Shown here: one piece after another, positions 45,734 through 54,727 of the stretch
How the letters are laid out: each line of letters starts with the position of its first letter
How positions within the stretch are numbered: the first letter of the stretch is position 1
NCBI GenBank assembly: GCA_964597075.1
Contig: CAZQXC010000001.1
Location: 4,907 to 68,906 of the forward strand
Source of the DNA: an uncultured Roseivirgaceae bacterium
GTDB lineage: Bacteria > Bacteroidota > Bacteroidia > Cytophagales > Cyclobacteriaceae
Length of the DNA: 64,000 nucleotides
Direction of reading: 5' to 3'
Program-made: the position numbers and the translations under genes
Notes under the pieces: generated by a model
Database searches by the model: none
Seen by the model: the letters and a program-made list of their open reading frames with translations, nothing else
What the model was told of the DNA's origin: nothing

Positions 45734-48700
45734 ATGGGAAGTGGTCTTGAAAAAGTTAAAGAGAATATCAGTTCTTTCAGGCGCAGGTATTATATCAACC
45801 TGCTTGTCAGGGGCGCGCTGCTTACCCTTACGGTTCTAATCTTTTATTTTCTTTTCGCCACCCTGATTGAGCATGCCTTATGGCTATCACCTTGGGGAAG
45901 ATTTTTACTTTTGTTTTCCTTTTTCGCAACTACACTATACTGTCTTTACCGGTTTTTGAAAGTGCCCATTCTATTTTGGATTAGAAAAAAAGGAATGGGG
46001 GAAGAAGAAAGCGCTCGCCTGATCGGTAATTATTTTCCACAAATTCAGGACCGCTTGGTCAACCTGATTCAGCTAAATAGTGTAAAACAAAACTCTTCTC
46101 TTGCGATCGCCAGTGTTCAGCAAAAATCCAGTGTCTTTGAACTGATTCACTTTGATTCAGCTATCGATCTTGGGCAAAATAAAAAATACCTGAAGTTTCT
46201 GGCCTTGCCGGTTGGTGTTATTCTTCTGATGGTGCTTTTCAATATAAACATGCTTACTCAAAGCACCCATCGGATTGTTAATTTCAATCAACAATTTACC
46301 CCACAGGCACCTTTCAATTTCACAATTCAAACCGATGGGCTTACTGGTTTTTTCAATGAGGACTTTACGCTTACTGTTTTATTAGATGGCGGTGCTATTC
46401 CAGATGCTTGTTTTATTGTTCTGAAATCGCAGCGTTTAAAAATGGAGTCACTTGGCGGGGGGGCCTTTCAATACACTTTTGAAAAACTTCAGGAACCAAA
46501 GACAATTCAATTTGAAGCAGCCGGATTCTATTCATCTCCTGTTGAATTAACGTTAGCGAACCGCCCTGAACTTTCTCAGTTAAAACTCCAATTAGAATAT
46601 CCCAGCTATCTGCAACGAAAAAATGATCAGCTTGTTAATGCTGGCAACCTGGAGGTGCCGGAAGGAACAGTTGCTACCTGGCAAATCCAAACAGCTAATA
46701 CGCTAAATGCGTCCATACTATTTTCTTCAGGCGCCCAACCTGATAATATGCAAATATCTGATAACCAGACGTTTACTTACAAAAAAGGGCTTAACAACCC
46801 CGACCAGTATGAGGTAGTTCTGGAAAACGAACACAGTAGAAATAAAGAGAAAATCAGCTACCGTATTGATGTTATTAAAGATCAGCACCCACGGCTAATG
46901 GTTACTAATTTTCGCGATTCAATTCTTTATCAGCGAATTGTTCTTGGAGGAGTTGTTACTGATGATTACGGACTTACCAGGCTAATGCTTCAGTTCCACG
47001 TGAAAAATGCAAGTCAGCAAAAAGTTTTACAACGGTCGGTTGACATTCCCATTGGAGTTAACCAAAATCAGCAAAGTTTTTTTTATAACTGGAGACTGGA
47101 TTCTTTGAAGCTTAAAACTGGCGAATACCTCGAATATTTTTTACAAGTATGGGATAACGATGGGGTAAACGGACATAAGTCTACACGTTCATCAGTATAC
47201 ACATTCTTTGTTCCCGATAAAGATCAGTTAATAACAGAGATCTCCAAATCACAATCGCAAACGGAGCAAAAAATTGAGCAGAGTTTCTCAAAGGCTCAGG
47301 ATTTTCAAAAACAAATTGAGGACGCACAGCAAAAGTTAAAAGGAAAACAATCGCTCGACTGGCAGGATAAAAAGAAGTTGGAGGATCTTCTAGAGCAAAA
47401 GAAAAATCTTGAAAAGATGCTCAATGAATTAAACGATCAAAACAAGTTACTGGAACAAAAGAAAGATGCCTTTACCGAACAGGATGAACGAATCCGCGAA
47501 AAGGCAGCACAGATCCAAAAGCTAATGGATGAGCTGCTGGATGAAGAGACACGGAAACTACTTCAAGAATTGGAAAAGCTGCTGAAGGAAAATGCCGATG
47601 TGAACCAACTTCAACGGTTGATGGATAAGCTTAGCAATAATTCCAAAAATCTTGAAAAGGAGTTGGAGCGCACGCTGGAGCTTTTCAAACAAATGCAATT
47701 TGAATACAAAATTGACCAGGCCATTAAAGACCTGAAACAAAACGAGGAGGACCAAAAGGCGCTGCTGGAAAAGACGGAGGCCCTGGAAAAGGAACAGGAA
47801 AAAACCAGCAAGGGTAAGAGTTCCGATAAGACTGGCGAAAATCAAAACAGCGAGAAATCCAAAACACTAAGTGAAGAACAGGAACAGCTCTCGGAAGACT
47901 TCAAAAAGACCGAAGAAAAACTCCAGGAGCTCCGCGAATTGGGTGAGGAGTTGAATAACTCAGACGAAATACCCGATGAGGACCAAAGCAAATCTGTAGA
48001 AGACGCTCAGCAAAATAGCCAGGAGAATCTTGAAATGGGCAAACCGTCACAGTCTAAAGGTGGGCAACAAAAGGCAATCAAGAAAATGCAGGAAATGCAA
48101 CAGCAAATGGAGAGTATGCAAAGCTCCATGAGCATGGAAATGGATATGCAGAACCTTGAAACGCTCCGCCAAATTATCCACGGACTAATAAAGCTTTCTT
48201 TTGATCAGGAGGGCCTGATAAAACAATTCGCAGAGTTACAACAAAATGATCCTCGTTTTAATAAACTGGCCCAGCAACAATTAAAACTCAAAGACGATGT
48301 TAAAGTTCTGGAAGACAGCTTATTAGCACTCGGAAAGCGTGATCCCATGATGGGCACTTTCATAACCCGCGAGGTTACTGAATTGAATGACCGATTAGAT
48401 AAATCCATCGAAGCCTACCGGGAAAGAAGACGCCCTCAAATCTCAACAGAGATGCAGTTCAGCATGACCTCCATTAATAACCTTGCGTTAATGCTTGACA
48501 GTCATTTTGATATGATGATGAACATGATGGCAAACGCAAAGGGTTCCGGCAAAAAAGGAAAGCAAAAAGGAAATCAACCGAATTTAAGCCAAATGCAGCA
48601 GCAGCTTAATGACAAGATTGAGCAATTAAAAAATAGCGGAAAGGGCGGAAGAGAACTCTCAGAAGAGCTTGCCGAAATGGCTGCTGAGCAAGAGCGGATA

Positions 48701-49078
48701 CGAAGGGCACTTCAGGAAATGGAAAACAAAATGCAGGAACAAGGAGTTCAATCACCGGGTGGTGACTTAACCGAAAAGATGGAAGAAACTGAAGTTGATC
48801 TTGTTAATAAACAACTTACAGATCAACTTATTCAGCGTCAGCGTGATATACTTACGCGACTTCTGGAAACAGAGAAATCACTTCGCGAGCAAGACATGGA
48901 CGAAGAACGTAAGGGAGAGTCTGCTAAGGATTATGATAAAGAAGTTCCCCAGGCAATCGAGGAGTATTTACGATTAAAGGAAAAAGAAGTAGAATTGTTG
49001 AAAACTCTACCCCCTAAATTATACCCATTTTACAAAAAAGAAGTTAACGATTATTTTAAGCGCTTGCGTGAAAACTAA
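45734..49078 (+). CDS. Large (1114 aa) membrane-anchored protein with long E/K/Q-rich coiled-coil (DUF4175-like)
   Basis: There are two N-terminal TM helices and a beta-rich middle region. About 450 aa are highly charged coiled-coil or low complexity. The DUF4175 assignment is from memory and tentative. Confidence 0.55.
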   Translation: MGSGLEKVKENISSFRRRYYINLLVRGALLTLTVLIFYFLFATLIEHALWLSPWGRFLLLFSFFATTLYCLYRFLKVPILFWIRKKGMGEEESARLIGNYFPQIQDRLVNLIQLNSVKQNSSLAIASVQQKSSVFELIHFDSAIDLGQNKKYLKFLALPVGVILLMVLFNINMLTQSTHRIVNFNQQFTPQAPFNFTIQTDGLTGFFNEDFTLTVLLDGGAIPDACFIVLKSQRLKMESLGGGAFQYTFEKLQEPKTIQFEAAGFYSSPVELTLANRPELSQLKLQLEYPSYLQRKNDQLVNAGNLEVPEGTVATWQIQTANTLNASILFSSGAQPDNMQISDNQTFTYKKGLNNPDQYEVVLENEHSRNKEKISYRIDVIKDQHPRLMVTNFRDSILYQRIVLGGVVTDDYGLTRLMLQFHVKNASQQKVLQRSVDIPIGVNQNQQSFFYNWRLDSLKLKTGEYLEYFLQVWDNDGVNGHKSTRSSVYTFFVPDKDQLITEISKSQSQTEQKIEQSFSKAQDFQKQIEDAQQKLKGKQSLDWQDKKKLEDLLEQKKNLEKMLNELNDQNKLLEQKKDAFTEQDERIREKAAQIQKLMDELLDEETRKLLQELEKLLKENADVNQLQRLMDKLSNNSKNLEKELERTLELFKQMQFEYKIDQAIKDLKQNEEDQKALLEKTEALEKEQEKTSKGKSSDKTGENQNSEKSKTLSEEQEQLSEDFKKTEEKLQELRELGEELNNSDEIPDEDQSKSVEDAQQNSQENLEMGKPSQSKGGQQKAIKKMQEMQQQMESMQSSMSMEMDMQNLETLRQIIHGLIKLSFDQEGLIKQFAELQQNDPRFNKLAQQQLKLKDDVKVLEDSLLALGKRDPMMGTFITREVTELNDRLDKSIEAYRERRRPQISTEMQFSMTSINNLALMLDSHFDMMMNMMANAKGSGKKGKQKGNQPNLSQMQQQLNDKIEQLKNSGKGGRELSEELAEMAAEQERIRRALQEMENKMQEQGVQSPGGDLTEKMEETEVDLVNKQLTDQLIQRQRDILTRLLETEKSLREQDMDEERKGESAKDYDKEVPQAIEEYLRLKEKEVELLKTLPPKLYPFYKKEVNDYFKRLREN
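46992..47005. repeat. Third copy of the AGTTCCACGTGAAA 14-mer
   Basis: It is identical to 49927..49940 and lies inside the 45734..49078 CDS (codons ..LQFHVKN..). Confidence 0.8.
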
Positions 49079-49093
49079 CCACAAAAAGTAAAA

Positions 49094-49498
49094 ATGGATA
49101 CCATCAGCATTCAGATTCCTTCTATTATAGATAATATCAGAATGATTGAAAGCTTCATTGATAACGCAAAAGAACGCTTTCATCTTGATGAAGATATTTA
49201 TGGTAATATAATGATTGCCGTTACTGAGGCTGTTAACAATGCCATTAAGCATGGCAACACAAGCAACGCTAAAAAAAACGTGAGTTTACGTCTCTTGCTT
49301 AATGAAAACCTATTGAAGTTCATTGTCCAGGATGAGGGTTCTGGATTCGATTATCACCATTTACCCGATCCAACTTCACCTGAAAATCTTGATAAACCCG
49401 GCGGACGCGGAATATTTCTGATGAAGCATCTGTCAGATGAGGTTGAATTTAAAGAAGGCGGTAAGATCGTTGAGCTAAGTTTCTATATGAATTCCTAA
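49094..49498 (+). CDS. RsbW/SpoIIAB-like anti-sigma-factor serine kinase (HATPase_c_2)
   Basis: EAVNNAIKHG, DEGSGF and GGRGIFLMKHLSD motifs; 134 aa. Confidence 0.7.
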   Translation: MDTISIQIPSIIDNIRMIESFIDNAKERFHLDEDIYGNIMIAVTEAVNNAIKHGNTSNAKKNVSLRLLLNENLLKFIVQDEGSGFDYHHLPDPTSPENLDKPGGRGIFLMKHLSDEVEFKEGGKIVELSFYMNS

Positions 49499-49921
49499 AT
49501 GAGTTCTGTCAATTACTTTAGTGAAAAGGTAAATTTTCAGCTTCAGGGTTCACGAAAAACATCAAATTGGGTAAAGAGGGCCATATCGAAAGAGGGTAAG
49601 GAATTGAGCTGCCTAACTATTATCTTTTGTTCAGATCGCTACTTAAGCCAAATAAATGAGCGGTTTTTAAAGCATAAAACACTTACTGATATCATCACTT
49701 TCGATTATTCGGAAGAAACCAACTTAATTGAGGGGGACATATTTATCAGTGTTCCCAGGGTAAGGGAGAATGCAAAAAAATATAAGCAAGACTTCGATCT
49801 TGAACTGCACAGAGTAATTATCCACGGGGTGCTCCACCTTTTAGGGTATGGTGACAAGACCGCGAGCCAAAAATCTAAAATGCGCGAAAAAGAGGACGCT
49901 TACTTATCTTTGCGTACTTAA
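49499..49921 (+). CDS. ybeY: rRNA maturation endoribonuclease YbeY
   Basis: The zinc motif is HGVLHLLGYGD. Its start abuts the previous stop (TAAATG). Confidence 0.9.
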   Translation: MSSVNYFSEKVNFQLQGSRKTSNWVKRAISKEGKELSCLTIIFCSDRYLSQINERFLKHKTLTDIITFDYSEETNLIEGDIFISVPRVRENAKKYKQDFDLELHRVIIHGVLHLLGYGDKTASQKSKMREKEDAYLSLRT

Positions 49922-49927
49922 GATTAA

Positions 49928-50016
49928 GTTCCACGTGAAACCTCAATGTTGATAATCTTTGTGGAAATGTGGAATACTTTCAAGAACTCAATTGATTTAA
50001 TCGTTTCACGTGGAAC
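49928..50016. repeat. 14-bp perfect inverted repeat (CACGTG cores) with 61-nt spacer
   Basis: GTTCCACGTGAAAC (49928..49941) pairs with GTTTCACGTGGAAC (50003..50016). The second arm ends 6 nt before the mnmG ATG. Confidence 0.85.
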
Positions 50017-50022
50017 AAATAT

Positions 50023-51885
50023 ATGTTTCAGCAATATGACGTAGTTGTGGTGGGGGCGGGGCATGCTGGTTGCGAGGCGGCTGCTGCTGCCGCAAATATG
50101 GGCTCAAGTGTACTTCTTGTCACCATGAATATGGGCACAATTGCTCAAATGTCATGTAATCCTGCTATGGGTGGCGTTGCAAAGGGGCAAATAGTCCGTG
50201 AAATCGATGCCCTCGGGGGTCAGTCCGGTATTATATCGGATAAATCAATGATTCAATTTAGAATGCTGAATCTATCAAAGGGGCCAGCTATGTGGAGTCC
50301 TCGCTCCCAAAATGATAGAATGCGATTTTCTGAAGAATGGCGATTAGCGCTTGAAAAGATAAAAAACATAGATTTCTGGCAAGAAATGGTCAGAGAGGTT
50401 ATTGTAAAAGGAGGAAGAGTAATTGGTGTTAAAACTGCCCTTGGTATTGAGATTAAAGCTAAATCAGTTATTCTAACGAATGGAACCTTTCTTAATGGCA
50501 AAATTCATATTGGCGAAAAGCACTTTGGTGGAGGCAGAACCGGTGAAAAATCAGCCACCGGATTAACAGAGCATTTGGTTTCATTAGGTTTTGAGTCCGG
50601 AAGAATGAAAACAGGAACTCCCCCGCGCGTTGATGGCCGTTCCCTCGATTACTCGAAAATGGAAGAACAAAAGGGTGATGATAACCCAGGTAAGTTCTCC
50701 TTTGGTGCTACGAAGCCATTATCAAAGCAAGTAAGCTGTTGGATTACTTATACCAATGAGGAGGTCCATGATTTACTCAAACTTGGATTCGAACGCTCAC
50801 CGATGTTTAGTGGAAGGATCAAGGGTCTTGGTCCGAGATACTGCCCATCCATAGAAGATAAAATTAACCGCTTCTCGGAACGGGAAAGACACCAGATATT
50901 TGTTGAACCCGAAGGCTGGGAAACCGTGGAGATTTACGTTAATGGTTTCTCCACTTCTCTCCCGGAAGAGATTCAGCAACAAGCACTTACAAAAATAAAA
51001 GGCTTCGAGAACGCCAAAATGTTCCGCCCGGGTTATGCAATTGAATACGACTTCTTTCCACCAACTCAGCTAAAACAGACTTTAGAAACACAACTCATTG
51101 ATAATCTATACTTTGCCGGTCAAATAAACGGAACAACAGGATACGAAGAAGCTGCTTGTCAGGGCCTGATGGCTGGAATTAATGCCCACAACAAAGCACA
51201 TGAAAAAGAGCCGTTTATACTGAAGCGCTCTGAAGCTTATATTGGCGTACTAATTGATGACCTGGTGAACAAGGGTACACAAGAACCCTATAGAATGTTC
51301 ACTTCAAGGGCTGAATACAGGGTTCTGCTCCGGCAAGACAATGCCGATATCCGTCTGACTGAACGTGGGCATAGTATAGGATTGGCTTCTGATCAACGTT
51401 TAGACAACGTACTGGACAAGAAAAATGGAATTACTGCCCTAACAGAGTTTCTTAAAAAGGAAAAGGTGTATCCCCACCAAGTCAATGAAGGCCTAGAGTC
51501 TATTAATACAGCAACTATTCGTGAAAAAATTTCCTTGGCCGGTCTGCTTAAGAGACCCGAAATAAATATCAACACAATTAAAAGACTAAATCCTGAACTG
51601 GAAAATTCAATTAACAAGTTCAGCAAAGAAGTTCAGGAGCATGCTGAAATTGAAATAAAATACGAAACTTATATTGAACGTGAACAAAAGCTGGCTGATA
51701 AAATCGGAAGCCTTGAGAACTACAGAATCTTAACTGACTTTGATTATGATCGCGTAAAAGCATTGTCGGCCGAGGGGCGTGAAAAATTAAAGAAAATTAA
51801 ACCTGAAACAATCGGCCAGGCTACACGAATAAGTGGTGTTTCTCCTGCTGATATTTCAATCCTCACTGTTTACATGGGTAAATGA
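50023..51885 (+). CDS. mnmG: tRNA uridine 5-carboxymethylaminomethyl modification enzyme MnmG (GidA)
   Basis: N-terminal YDVVVVGAGHAGCEAA, with family-wide conservation along the full 620 aa. Confidence 0.95.
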   Translation: MFQQYDVVVVGAGHAGCEAAAAAANMGSSVLLVTMNMGTIAQMSCNPAMGGVAKGQIVREIDALGGQSGIISDKSMIQFRMLNLSKGPAMWSPRSQNDRMRFSEEWRLALEKIKNIDFWQEMVREVIVKGGRVIGVKTALGIEIKAKSVILTNGTFLNGKIHIGEKHFGGGRTGEKSATGLTEHLVSLGFESGRMKTGTPPRVDGRSLDYSKMEEQKGDDNPGKFSFGATKPLSKQVSCWITYTNEEVHDLLKLGFERSPMFSGRIKGLGPRYCPSIEDKINRFSERERHQIFVEPEGWETVEIYVNGFSTSLPEEIQQQALTKIKGFENAKMFRPGYAIEYDFFPPTQLKQTLETQLIDNLYFAGQINGTTGYEEAACQGLMAGINAHNKAHEKEPFILKRSEAYIGVLIDDLVNKGTQEPYRMFTSRAEYRVLLRQDNADIRLTERGHSIGLASDQRLDNVLDKKNGITALTEFLKKEKVYPHQVNEGLESINTATIREKISLAGLLKRPEININTIKRLNPELENSINKFSKEVQEHAEIEIKYETYIEREQKLADKIGSLENYRILTDFDYDRVKALSAEGREKLKKIKPETIGQATRISGVSPADISILTVYMGK

Positions 51886-52766
51886 TGATTTCAATTGATC
51901 GGTGCCCGGTTTGCTTCCATTCTGAATTTCATCCCCATTATACCTGCGAGGACACAACCGTTTCACATGAAACATTTTCAATTAAGATCTGTATGAATTG
52001 TTCTCTGGGTATTACCTCACCAAGGCCAGAGCAAGAAAGATTGCCAAGTTATTATCAATCAGAAGAATATGTTTCTCATTCCAGAAGTGCTACCGGTATA
52101 ATAGGTAGGGTTTATCTGCTAGCAAGAAAATTCACCTTACTGTGGAAGAAGAGTCTTCTCAAAAAATTTTACAAAGAAGGTTCTTTACTCGACTACGGTT
52201 GTGGAACCGGAGAATTTCTTCATACCATGCAAACAGCCGGATGGAGTATACAAGGACTTGAACCCTCCGATGTTGCCAGGAAAAAAGCTACTGAACTTAC
52301 AGGGCAACCCATTGAAACCAATCTTGCCACGTTCAAACCAGAGTCATTTGACGTCATAACCTTATGGCATGTGCTTGAACACGTTCCGGAATTGAATGAT
52401 ACACTGAACGCGCTAAGGAGGCTTATTAAAAAAAAGGGCACAATTTTTATTGCAGTTCCTAACTATTTATCTGCTGACTCAACATTTTATAAGGAATATT
52501 GGGCAGGTTACGATCCACCAAGACACCTATGGCACTTTACGAAAGAAAGTATGACTCATTTGCTTGAAAAATCTGGATATAAAGTAGAAGCCATCAGGCC
52601 AATGAAATTGGATGCTTTTTATATTAGTATGTTGAGCGAAAAAAATCAAGGCAAAAACACAATTACTGGCTTTACAAATGCTTTAATAAGAGGAGCGATC
52701 TCTAATTACAAAGGCAAAAGCACAATGAATTATTCAAGCCATATATACATCGCGCATCCACAATGA
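51882..52766 (+). CDS. Class I SAM-dependent methyltransferase with N-terminal Cys-rich segment
   Basis: Motif I is LLDYGCGTGEF, with CPVC..C..C at the N-terminus. It has an ATGA overlap with mnmG. Confidence 0.75.
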   Translation: MMISIDRCPVCFHSEFHPHYTCEDTTVSHETFSIKICMNCSLGITSPRPEQERLPSYYQSEEYVSHSRSATGIIGRVYLLARKFTLLWKKSLLKKFYKEGSLLDYGCGTGEFLHTMQTAGWSIQGLEPSDVARKKATELTGQPIETNLATFKPESFDVITLWHVLEHVPELNDTLNALRRLIKKKGTIFIAVPNYLSADSTFYKEYWAGYDPPRHLWHFTKESMTHLLEKSGYKVEAIRPMKLDAFYISMLSEKNQGKNTITGFTNALIRGAISNYKGKSTMNYSSHIYIAHPQ

Positions 52767-54487
52767 AGAAACAAGGCTGTTATATTATTCCTTTGCTTTT
52801 GCTTTTTCTTACGCAATGTGCCAAACAAACACAGCCTACAGGTGGAGAAAAAGATGAAACGCCTCCAAAACTACTACGATCTAATCCTTCTGACAGACAA
52901 ACGAATTTCAACAACAACGAAATCGAATTGGTTTTTGATGAATTGATTCAGGTAAACTCTCCGCGGGAACAACTAATCATCACGCCCTCAATTGGTAAAG
53001 AGTTTGAGGCTGAAGCGCGCAAGAATAAAGTTGTGCTGAAACTAAATTCTGATCTTAAAGAAAATACAACCTATACCATTTCATTTCGTGAATCTATTCA
53101 AGATCTCACTGAAAGAAATCCAGCAGAAAATTTAAAATTAGCGTTCAGTACCGGTGATTTAATAGATTCTCTGTCCATAAAAGGAAGAGTGTATAATTTA
53201 CTTGAAGACAAAGCACTTAATAATTATACGGTTGCGGCCGTTCCATACTCCGATACAACAACCATATTTAAACACGAAGCCCAATGGATAACCTTTACCG
53301 ATAAGAAAGGTGAGTACAGCCTTGATAATCTTAAAGAAGGCACATATATAGTGTATACATTCGATGATGTTAACAAAAACCTGATCGTTGACAGCAAGTC
53401 AGAATCATATGGATTCATAGGCGACTCAGTGGTGCTTACATCAAATCTAACAACTAATATACCTGTTGTTCGTCTTGATGCACGACCGCTCAAATTAATA
53501 TCCGCCAAGCCGATCGGTGCATACTTTAACGTGCGGGCAACAAAAGGAATAAAAGAATACACACTTGCTAATAAAACAAACGAGTATCCTGTTTATTCAA
53601 AATTTGACGATGTCACTACTATCAAAGTCTACAACACTATACCTGACGCAGATAGCATTTTGGTACACTTGACTGCAATGGATAGTATTGACAATACCAT
53701 TGATACACTGCTTTACATTAAATTCGATACCCGCTCCAAAAATCTTGATAAATTTTCAGTAAAACTTGAATATCTTGACTTTCACAAAAACAAATCTCTC
53801 CTTAAAGGAGAAATAAATTTCTCAAAACCGATCAATAAAATAATATACGACAGCATCTATATAAAGCTGGATTCGGTAAACAATATCACATTCAGTGAAG
53901 CAGATTTTAAACTAACGAAAAGAAATACTCAGCTAATTCTTGAAAAATCGTTACCCAAAGAAATGGATTTCACGCAAGCCCCCTCAGCAAAAACCAAGTC
54001 AATGAGCGAGCGCGTAGCACCCATGTCGCCAAAAACTGATGAAAATAAGGTAGATAAAACTATCATACCATATAACACGCTTATCATTCCCAAAGGCACA
54101 TTCCGCTCGGTTGAAAATGACTCCTCCACGGCTACTCAGTCAGCCATAAAAATCATTACCCCGGAAAACTCAGGTGTACTGTTAGTAACGGTGGAAATAG
54201 CTGATAACGTAATAATTGAAGTGTTGGACAAAAGCTTCAACATAATTCAACGCTCTACTTCCAAAAACGCAAGATTTGAGAATTTACCCCCTACAGACTA
54301 CCAGCTTCGCATCATTGTTGATAAAAACAGCAATGGCCTATGGGATCCTGGTAACTATTTTCTCAAGGTCGAGCCTGAACCTGTAACATTCTATAAGAAC
54401 GAAAAAGGTTTATCTATAATCAACTTAAAGGCAAACTGGGAGGTGGGTCCGTTGTTGATAAATCAAGAACAATTTGTGGATAATTAA
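52763..54487 (+). CDS. Ig-like (SbsA-type) domain lipoprotein
   Basis: Lipobox (FLTQCA) and DETPPKLLRSNP, which is typical of N-terminal Ig-like domains. It has an ATGA overlap with the upstream gene. Confidence 0.5.
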   Translation: MKKQGCYIIPLLLLFLTQCAKQTQPTGGEKDETPPKLLRSNPSDRQTNFNNNEIELVFDELIQVNSPREQLIITPSIGKEFEAEARKNKVVLKLNSDLKENTTYTISFRESIQDLTERNPAENLKLAFSTGDLIDSLSIKGRVYNLLEDKALNNYTVAAVPYSDTTTIFKHEAQWITFTDKKGEYSLDNLKEGTYIVYTFDDVNKNLIVDSKSESYGFIGDSVVLTSNLTTNIPVVRLDARPLKLISAKPIGAYFNVRATKGIKEYTLANKTNEYPVYSKFDDVTTIKVYNTIPDADSILVHLTAMDSIDNTIDTLLYIKFDTRSKNLDKFSVKLEYLDFHKNKSLLKGEINFSKPINKIIYDSIYIKLDSVNNITFSEADFKLTKRNTQLILEKSLPKEMDFTQAPSAKTKSMSERVAPMSPKTDENKVDKTIIPYNTLIIPKGTFRSVENDSSTATQSAIKIITPENSGVLLVTVEIADNVIIEVLDKSFNIIQRSTSKNARFENLPPTDYQLRIIVDKNSNGLWDPGNYFLKVEPEPVTFYKNEKGLSIINLKANWEVGPLLINQEQFVDN

Positions 54488-54623
54488 CAAATGATAAGCC
54501 CAAAACCACTCTTCTTTGACTATCTGCAAATGACCTGTATAATTTGTGCACAACACTCATACAAACCAAATCCTTAAACAAAGCGTTTAATCAACATTGC
54601 AAGGATAAACGCCAGACAGCTTT

Positions 54624-54661
54624 GTTGATAACCTATTTAAACCGTTGATGATAAACCTATT
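54624..54661 (+). repeat. Imperfect direct repeat GTTGAT(..)GATAA(A)CCTATT x2, 20 nt apart
   Basis: GTTGATAACCTATT (54624..54637) and GTTGATGATAAACCTATT (54644..54661) lie 70-100 nt upstream of the TPR gene. Confidence 0.6.
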
Positions 54662-54727
54662 ACAATCAAGATTAAATTAACGTAATTTCAACACTCCCGA
54701 AGAGGTAAAAGTTGTACACATTTCAAC

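Noticed and set aside
49942-50002. DnaA-box-like sequences lie near mnmG (gidA): TGTTGATAA, TGTGGAAAT and TGTGGAATA in the ybeY-mnmG spacer. A perfect TGTGGATAA occurs at 54473..54481 and TGTTGATAA at 54621..54629. This raised the possibility of oriC.
   Set aside because: Only one box is perfect, and it lies inside a CDS. The gaps are 101 and 240 nt with no obvious AT-rich unwinding repeats, and no dnaA or dnaN is nearby. About one chance perfect 9-mer is expected in a window this size. A cumulative GC-skew and Z-curve analysis of the whole genome would settle it.
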